Shown here one piece after another: positions 56,812 to 64,000 of a stretch of DNA of 64,000 nt. The notes under the pieces are model-generated. The model was given only the letters and a program-made list of their open reading frames with translations, made no database searches and had not been told where the DNA came from. The first letter of the stretch is position 1. Each line of letters opens with the position of its first letter. The translations under genes were made by a program, and so were the position numbers. This stretch comes from Candidatus Omnitrophota bacterium (GTDB lineage: Bacteria; Omnitrophota; Gorgyraeia; Zapsychrales; Zapsychraceae), in the NCBI GenBank assembly GCA_015233495.1, contig JADFXQ010000002.1, forward strand, positions 34,390 to 98,389, read 5' to 3'.

Positions 56812-57864
56812 ATGGCTAAAACGAAGCGGGCTTTGATCACGGGAATTACCGGGCAGGATGGTTCGTATCTGACCGAACTTTTGCTGGAAAAAGGGTATGA
56901 AGTTTTTGGCTTGATTCGCCGGGCAAGTTCTTTTAACACTAAACGCATTGACCATCTTTATCAGGATCCGCATGAAAAAAAGGTCGGGTTGCATTTGGTC
57001 TATGGGGATCTCAATGACGCCAGTTCCTTGAACCGGATCATGAAAACCGTGAAACCCGACGAGGTATACAATTTGGGCGCGCAAAGTCATGTGCGGGTGA
57101 GCTTCGACGTCCCGGAATACACCGGAGAAATTGTCGCCTTAGGAACGGTCCGGTTGTTGGAAGCGATCCGGGACAGCGGGGTCCACAGTAAATTTTATCA
57201 AGCGTCGTCTTCGGAAATGTTCGGAAACGCTTCGGGCGATCCGCAAAATGAACAAACCGCTTTTTATCCGCGTAGTCCCTACGCGGCCGCGAAAGTCTAC
57301 GCGTATTGGATGACGGTCAATTACCGGGAAGCTTACAAAATGTTCGCCTGTAACGGAATCCTGTTTAATCATGAATCTCCCCGCCGGGGAGAAACATTTG
57401 TCACGCGCAAAATCACCATGGCCGTGGCCAAGATTAAGCACGGCGTGCAAGACAAGCTGTATTTGGGCAACCTCGACGCAAAACGCGATTGGGGATTTGC
57501 CGGCGATTATGTCGAAGCGATGTGGCTGATGTTGCAGCAACAGCAGCCGGACGATTATGTAATCGCGACTGGCGAAACGCATTCGGTAAAAGAATTTTTA
57601 CAAGCGGCTTTTGACTGCGCCGGACTGGATTGGCAAAAATATGTGGCAATCGATCCGCGGTATTTCCGTCCGACGGAAGTTGATTTTCTTTTAGGCGACA
57701 GCGCCAAGGCCCGTCAACAGTTGAAATGGAAGCCCCGGGTGGGTTTTAAAAAATTGGTTGCAATGATGGTGGCCGCGGATATGGAGCATATACAGCGAGA
57801 ATTGTATGGAAGTCAGGCCCAACCGGGAAAAACCCTGCCAGCGCTGCCGAGGAGGCCGGTTTGA
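56812..57864 (+). CDS. gmd: GDP-mannose 4,6-dehydratase
   Basis: [55 protein letters not shown]. Confidence 0.97.
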   Translation: MAKTKRALITGITGQDGSYLTELLLEKGYEVFGLIRRASSFNTKRIDHLYQDPHEKKVGLHLVYGDLNDASSLNRIMKTVKPDEVYNLGAQSHVRVSFDVPEYTGEIVALGTVRLLEAIRDSGVHSKFYQASSSEMFGNASGDPQNEQTAFYPRSPYAAAKVYAYWMTVNYREAYKMFACNGILFNHESPRRGETFVTRKITMAVAKIKHGVQDKLYLGNLDAKRDWGFAGDYVEAMWLMLQQQQPDDYVIATGETHSVKEFLQAAFDCAGLDWQKYVAIDPRYFRPTEVDFLLGDSAKARQQLKWKPRVGFKKLVAMMVAADMEHIQRELYGSQAQPGKTLPALPRRPV

Positions 57865-59285
57865 TGGAACCAGAGACTGCCGCTGATCGCCCGGATAATG
57901 GCGCGCCTACCGTTGCTTTGAAACGGTATGCATATTATGAACAGCTGTTGTCGCAGCAATACCGATATTTTGTGCCTGAAGGAAAAAAGGTTTTGTATAT
58001 CGGATGCCGTTCCGGCCGTATTTTGGCATCCTTGAACCCTGCCTATGCCGTGGGGATTGATCCGTCTTTAGAACACATCGAGATCGGCCGGCTGCAATAT
58101 CCGCAATCTCATTTTATCGCCGGGAAACCGGATACCGCCGTTTTGTCGCAATTGCGGCAAGTAGAGGGCGCCGGCAATTTTGATTATGTTATCCTATCGC
58201 ATATTTTGGGTACCTGTGATGACATTGAGGTCTTTTTGAAAGCGTTGCGGCCTTTTTGTTCTCCGGATACTCGCGTCATCATTGAATTCAACAGTTACTT
58301 GTGGCATTATCTTTTAAAGACCGCGGGTTTATTGCGGTTGATTTCGCCGCGCGGTATGGTGAATTGGTTGACCGAGGGGGATATCCGTAATTTTTTGACT
58401 TTGTCCGGCTATGAAATGATTAAAAATGAACGGACCATTCTTCTGCCGATCCGCGTTTGGGGATTGAGTTATGTGTTAAATAAATTTTTTGCGAAGATGC
58501 CTTTTTTTAACGCGTTGACCCTTAGTCATTTTATGATTGCCCGGCCGGTTTTTTCGGCAAATTCGGAGGATTCCGTAACCATTGTTATCCCGAGCCGCAA
58601 TGAAAAAGGCAATGTCGAATCAGCCATCTCCCGGACTCCGGAGTTTGGCGCCAGCCAGGAATTTATTTTCGTGGAAGGTCATTCCCGGGATGGGACGTAT
58701 GAGGAGATAGAGCGCGTCATTCAAAAATATCCCCGGAAAAACATCAAGCTGGTGAAACAAACCGGCGAAGGAAAAGGCGACGCGGTTCGGCAAGGTTTCC
58801 TTATGGCCGAGGGAAATATTTTGATGATTTTAGACGCGGATTTGACGGTGCCGCCGGAAGACTTGCCGAAGTTTTATGAGGCCTTGAAAGACAATAAAGG
58901 CGAATTTATCAACGGCTGTCGTCTGATTTATCCAATGGAAGACGAGGCGATGCGTTTTTTGAATTTGATTGCAAACAAATTTTTCGGTTTGTTTTTTTCG
59001 TGGTTGTTGGGGCAGAGGTTCAAAGACACACTGTGCGGGACAAAAGTTTTATACCGGCGGCATTATGAAGCCATTGCCGCGAACCGGCATTATTTCGGCG
59101 ATTTTGATCCGTTTGGCGATTTTGATTTGATTTTCGGAGCGATTAAATTGAACCTGAAGGTCATAGAGGTCCCGATCCGGTATAAAAACCGGATGTACGG
59201 CACGACGCAGATCAAACGATTCAAGCATGGGCTGTTATTGTTCCGGATGTGCGGCGTGGCAATGCGGAAGATCAAATTTATGTAA
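57861..59285 (+). CDS. Methyltransferase-like domain fused to a GT2 polyprenol-phosphate glycosyltransferase
   Basis: N-terminal VLYIGCRSG...GIDPS; C-terminal [36 protein letters not shown]. Confidence 0.85.
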   Translation: MMEPETAADRPDNGAPTVALKRYAYYEQLLSQQYRYFVPEGKKVLYIGCRSGRILASLNPAYAVGIDPSLEHIEIGRLQYPQSHFIAGKPDTAVLSQLRQVEGAGNFDYVILSHILGTCDDIEVFLKALRPFCSPDTRVIIEFNSYLWHYLLKTAGLLRLISPRGMVNWLTEGDIRNFLTLSGYEMIKNERTILLPIRVWGLSYVLNKFFAKMPFFNALTLSHFMIARPVFSANSEDSVTIVIPSRNEKGNVESAISRTPEFGASQEFIFVEGHSRDGTYEEIERVIQKYPRKNIKLVKQTGEGKGDAVRQGFLMAEGNILMILDADLTVPPEDLPKFYEALKDNKGEFINGCRLIYPMEDEAMRFLNLIANKFFGLFFSWLLGQRFKDTLCGTKVLYRRHYEAIAANRHYFGDFDPFGDFDLIFGAIKLNLKVIEVPIRYKNRMYGTTQIKRFKHGLLLFRMCGVAMRKIKFM

Positions 59286-59350
59286 GATGGTTGCCGGGGT
59301 TTAACGCGCCGGGTTTCCCGGCCCGAAAGGATGCGCCGGGCCGAGCTTGA

Positions 59351-60323
<973 letters not shown>

Positions 60324-60370
60324 ACATCAAATTTTATTCTTTAATGTATTTCAAATATCGGAGACGGGCT

Positions 60371-61567
60371 ATGAATAAAATGACCGTGCGGGACATTGAT
60401 CTGAAAGGCAAAAAAGTGATTATGCGCTGCGATTTCAACGTGCCGCTCGACGAGGCGCGGAAAATTACCAGCGATATGCGGATTAAAGCGGCAGTTCCCA
60501 CCATCAAGTATATTTTAGAGCAAAAACCGGCAAAATTGATTTTGATGAGCCATCTGGGGCGGCCGGACGGCGAGGTTATTGAAGAAGACCGGCTTACCCC
60601 AGTGGGGGAGCGTCTTGCTCAGCTGCTCGGCGAGCCGGTTTTGAAATTAGATGATTGTGTCGGCGACATTGTCAAAAATTCGATCGCTAAGTGTCCCGGC
60701 CGGGTTGTTTTATTAGAGAACCTGCGTTTTCATCAAGGAGAGACGAAAAATGATCCTGGGTTTGCCAAGCAATTGGCAGAGCTGGCCGATGTCTATGTGA
60801 ATGACGCGTTCGGCACCGCGCACCGGGCGCATGCCTCGACGCAGGGGATCACGCGATATTTACCGTCGGTAGCCGGATTTTTATTGGAAAAAGAATTGCA
60901 GTATCTGGGCGAGGCGGTAAATAACCCGACCCGTCCGCTGGTAGTGATTTTGGGCGGGGCCAAGGTTTCCGATAAAATTTTATTGATTGAAAATCTGCTG
61001 AACAAAGCCAATAGCATTTTGATCGGCGGCGGCATGGCCTATACGTTTTTAAAAGCCTTAGGCAAAAATATCGGCACGTCCTTGCTGGAAGCGGACAAGG
61101 TGGGGGTGGCCAAAGCTTTGATTGAAAAGGCCAAAGCCAAAGGCGTCCGTTTGGAATTGAGCTCGGATTTTGTGATTGTGCCGGATTTTGATAAACCGGA
61201 ACAAAAGCGGACCGTCACCGAAATTCCCGACGGATGGATGGCTTTGGATATCGGTCCTCAAACTATCGCCACGTTTAAAGAAGTTTTGTCCACGGCCAAG
61301 ACAGTGGTCTGGAACGGGCCTTTGGGGGTTTTTGAAAAAGAGGCTTACGCGACAGGCACGTTGGAAATCGCCAAAGCTTTGGCGGAGTTGACGGCAAAAG
61401 GCGTGAAAACGATCATCGGCGGCGGCGATTCCGCGTCCGCGGTGAAAAAAGCCAAGTTGTCTGATAAGATGACGCATATTTCGACGGGCGGCGGCGCGTC
61501 TTTGGAATTTTTGGAAGGGAAAGAGCTGCCGGGTGTCGCGGCGCTGAATGATAAAAAGGCGGGTTGA
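60371..61567 (+). CDS. pgk: Phosphoglycerate kinase
   Basis: [59 protein letters not shown]. Confidence 0.98.
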   Translation: MNKMTVRDIDLKGKKVIMRCDFNVPLDEARKITSDMRIKAAVPTIKYILEQKPAKLILMSHLGRPDGEVIEEDRLTPVGERLAQLLGEPVLKLDDCVGDIVKNSIAKCPGRVVLLENLRFHQGETKNDPGFAKQLAELADVYVNDAFGTAHRAHASTQGITRYLPSVAGFLLEKELQYLGEAVNNPTRPLVVILGGAKVSDKILLIENLLNKANSILIGGGMAYTFLKALGKNIGTSLLEADKVGVAKALIEKAKAKGVRLELSSDFVIVPDFDKPEQKRTVTEIPDGWMALDIGPQTIATFKEVLSTAKTVVWNGPLGVFEKEAYATGTLEIAKALAELTAKGVKTIIGGGDSASAVKKAKLSDKMTHISTGGGASLEFLEGKELPGVAALNDKKAG

Positions 61568-61601
61568 GCAATTGGTTTTTTAAAATGGGAGGAAACGATT
61601 C

Positions 61602-62366
61602 ATGCGTAAACCAATCATCGCGGGCAATTGGAAATTGAATAAAACGAACCCGGAAGCTGTGGAATTGATCACCCAGATACGGCGGGATTTAACGGATGTA
61701 TCTAAAGTTGACGTGGTGGTGTGCCCGGTTTTTTTAGCCTTGGCGGACGCGCATGATGTTTTGCTGGAAACCAACATCGGGCTGGGCGCCCAGAATTTGT
61801 ATTGGGAAGATTCCGGGGCGTTTACCGGCGAAGTTTCCGCGCCGATGCTCAAGGCGGCGGGCGCGCAATATGTCATCATCGGGCATTCGGAACGCCGGCA
61901 ATATTTTGGCGAAACCGATCAAACCGTTAACAAAAAAATCAAAGCCGCGTTGAAATACGATCTGACCCCGATTGTTTGCGTTGGCGAGGTCTTAGCGGAA
62001 AGAGAATCGGGCAAGGCCTTTGAGGTGATCAAAACCCAATGCCAGGGAGGGTTTGCCGGGATAACCGCCGCGGAAATGGGCAGATTAGTGATCGCCTATG
62101 AACCGGTGTGGGCCATTGGCACCGGAAAAACCGCCACTCCGGCCCAAGCCCAGGAAGTGCACCAATTTATCCGTAAGTGGCTCGCGGACACTTATGGCCA
62201 GGATCTGGCGCAAACCGTGCGTATCCAATACGGCGGCAGTGTCAAGCCGGAAAACGCGAAAGAATTGATGGGCCAGGCCGACATTGACGGTTTTCTCGTC
62301 GGCGGCGCGAGTTTGAAAGCGGATTCTTTCGCGGCTATTATTAAAAACAGCCTATCCGCCGCTTAA
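61602..62366 (+). CDS. tpiA: Triosephosphate isomerase
   Basis: AGNWK, GAFTGEVS, GHSERR, AYEPVWAIGTG, YGGSV, LVGGASL. Confidence 0.98.
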   Translation: MRKPIIAGNWKLNKTNPEAVELITQIRRDLTDVSKVDVVVCPVFLALADAHDVLLETNIGLGAQNLYWEDSGAFTGEVSAPMLKAAGAQYVIIGHSERRQYFGETDQTVNKKIKAALKYDLTPIVCVGEVLAERESGKAFEVIKTQCQGGFAGITAAEMGRLVIAYEPVWAIGTGKTATPAQAQEVHQFIRKWLADTYGQDLAQTVRIQYGGSVKPENAKELMGQADIDGFLVGGASLKADSFAAIIKNSLSAA

Positions 62367-62411
62367 TCTCCGGGCAAATGGAGATCCGCGGCGATTTGTT
62401 AAGAGAATTTT

Positions 62412-63224
62412 ATGCGCAATGATACGGCGGTTATGGAAGGCGTGTTACGCTCCGCAACCATGCATCAGGAGTGGCAGGAAAACTTTTTATCCGGAGAGAA
62501 TGAATCGTTTTATAACCGGGTTTTTGATGATTTTTTTCAATCCCTGCGCATTGCTCCCGGCACGAAATTCTTGGACGCGGGATGCGGTCCTTCGCATAAA
62601 TCCGTTTTGCTGGCGCAACGCGGTTGTGAGGTCGATGCGGTAGACTTTTCGGAATTCATTTTGCGGCAGGCCGAAAAATACATTCGGGACAAACAGCTTA
62701 CGGAGCGCATTCATTTGCAGCGCGACAATCTTTTAGCGCTATCGTATCCGGACGGGCATTTTTCCCATGTTTTGTGCTGGGGCGTGCTATTGCATGTTCC
62801 GCAAGTCGAGAAAGCTATTGCTGAATTAGCCCGGGTGGTTAAGCCGGGCGGTTATTTGATCGTCACGGAAAACAATATGCGCTCTTTGCAATTGGTGGTA
62901 CAGCGGCGGCTTCGGCGGTTTTTCAGCAAAAATGTGGTCCGTTTTGAGCGTAAACCGTCTGGTTTGGAATCGTGGCGCGAAACGGATGTCGGACCGGTTT
63001 TAGCGAGACAGACGGATATGCGCTGGTTTATTCAAGCTTTTGAAGCGCAGGATTTGCGGCTTTGTCAGCATAAGGCGTGTCAATTTTCCGAAATTTACAC
63101 CAGCTTGCGGTCGCCGTTTTTAAAAAAACTGGTTCATGGGTTCAATGATTTTTGGTTTCAGCATATTAAAAATCCCGGGTGGGCTTTAGGAAATTTATTT
63201 ATATTTCAGAAAAACAATCATTAA
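62412..63224 (+). CDS. Class I SAM-dependent methyltransferase
   Basis: FLDAGCG, AVDFS, WGVLLHVP, ELARVVKPGG. Confidence 0.88.
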   Translation: MRNDTAVMEGVLRSATMHQEWQENFLSGENESFYNRVFDDFFQSLRIAPGTKFLDAGCGPSHKSVLLAQRGCEVDAVDFSEFILRQAEKYIRDKQLTERIHLQRDNLLALSYPDGHFSHVLCWGVLLHVPQVEKAIAELARVVKPGGYLIVTENNMRSLQLVVQRRLRRFFSKNVVRFERKPSGLESWRETDVGPVLARQTDMRWFIQAFEAQDLRLCQHKACQFSEIYTSLRSPFLKKLVHGFNDFWFQHIKNPGWALGNLFIFQKNNH

Positions 63225-63243
63225 CGACAAAGGGTGGATTCTC

Positions 63244-63579
63244 ATGATGATTTTGGTTATTGTTCTTCACGCTTTGATTTGTGTGGCTTTGATTTTTATC
63301 ATCCTGATGCAATCGGGCCGGGGCGGCGGTTTGACTGAGGCTTTCTCGTCTGCGGAATCCGTGTTTGGCGCGCGCACGAACGATGTTTTGGTCAAAGGAA
63401 CGGGCATTTTGGCCGCGATTTTTTTAAGCGCTTGCATTGGCCTGGCAGTGATGTCCTCCAAAAAGAATCAGTCCTTGATGACCAATGTCCGGCCGATGAA
63501 AACGATAAATATCCCTTATCCTCAGCCGGAAGCGGCGCCGGTGCCGCCTAATAATCCGCCTGCCCCAGTAAAAAAATAG
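63244..63579 (+). CDS. secG: Preprotein translocase subunit SecG
   Basis: TM-ILMQSGRGGGL...SVFGAR...L.K.T-TM; lies downstream of tpiA. Confidence 0.9.
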   Translation: MMILVIVLHALICVALIFIILMQSGRGGGLTEAFSSAESVFGARTNDVLVKGTGILAAIFLSACIGLAVMSSKKNQSLMTNVRPMKTINIPYPQPEAAPVPPNNPPAPVKK

Positions 63580-63620
63580 TCGGTTTGCGGTTTGGGGAAG
63601 AAAGGCGTTTGGCGAAACTC

Positions 63621-64000
63621 ATGCCGTTGCCGCGTTTTTTCAGCGCAATTTTATTTTCATTAGCCGGCGCTCTTTTTTTTGCGCCGCCGGCTTATGCTGC
63701 GGCAAAGCGTTTCGCGCCCTACGGCGGCCAGTTGGTCTTGGCCACGACTTCCGATCCTAAAACTTTCAACGATATAGTTGCCCGGGAAACCTCCTCAACC
63801 CAAATTACCGGCTTGATCTTTGAAGGTCTGACCACGGTGAATGCCGTGGATCTGCGGGTTGAACCGCTTTTGGCGCGCCGCTGGGAAGTGTCCGCGGACG
63901 GGTTGATCTGGACTTTTTATCTGCGCCGGGATGTCCGTTGGAATGACGGAATTCCTTTCACTGCCGCCGACGTGGTGTTCACCTTTAACGAGCTCATCTA
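63621..64000 (+). CDS. ABC transporter substrate-binding protein family 5 (partial, runs off the window)
   Basis: Manual translation: signal peptide, YGGQLV, SDPKTFN, IFEGL, PLLARRWEVSADGLIWTFYLRRDVRWNDG.PFTAADVVFT. Confidence 0.9.
   Translation, partial: MPLPRFFSAILFSLAGALFFAPPAYAAAKRFAPYGGQLVLATTSDPKTFNDIVARETSSTQITGLIFEGLTTVNAVDLRVEPLLARRWEVSADGLIWTFYLRRDVRWNDGIPFTAADVVFTFNELI

Noticed and set aside
63580-63620. tRNA downstream of secG
   Set aside because: The gap is only about 40 bp and has no cloverleaf or TpsiC motif

Overview
Bacterial genomic window dominated by cell-surface glycan biosynthesis. The architecture of the giant ORF reminds me of Candidatus Omnitrophota; this is from recall and is unverified. 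(1) 36-20788: legionaminic-acid-type nonulosonic acid cluster (SDRs, CMP-synthetase, aminotransferase, NeuB, NeuC, CBS-nucleotidyltransferase) with an internally deleted PglD/NeuD acetyltransferase next to a formyltransferase and a PIG-L deacetylase, plus an ABC flippase, a B12 radical SAM enzyme and methyltransferases. (2) 20773-34336: glycosyltransferases, deacetylase, GNAT, O-antigen-ligase-like and GT-C membrane proteins. (3) 34335-37751: 3.4-kb accessory segment bounded by a perfect 18-bp inverted repeat, containing REP-like palindromes, a 305-bp element with 56-bp inverted ends around a RAYT transposase remnant, and a GH26-like hydrolase. (4) 37874-50548: 4224-aa protein with a signal peptide, six tandem MoxR/midasin-like AAA+ modules split 3+3 by two duplicated beta-propeller modules, a transglutaminase-like Cys-His-Asp domain and a C-terminal VWA/MIDAS domain. 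This is the most unusual object in the window. (5) 50622-60316: further glycan genes (GT-C, GT2, WecB/TagA, WcaJ-like, gmd, fcl). (6) 60371-64000: pgk, tpiA, a methyltransferase, secG and the start of a family-5 substrate-binding protein. No rRNA, tRNA or CRISPR array was recognised. All calls come from motif reading; no database searches were run.
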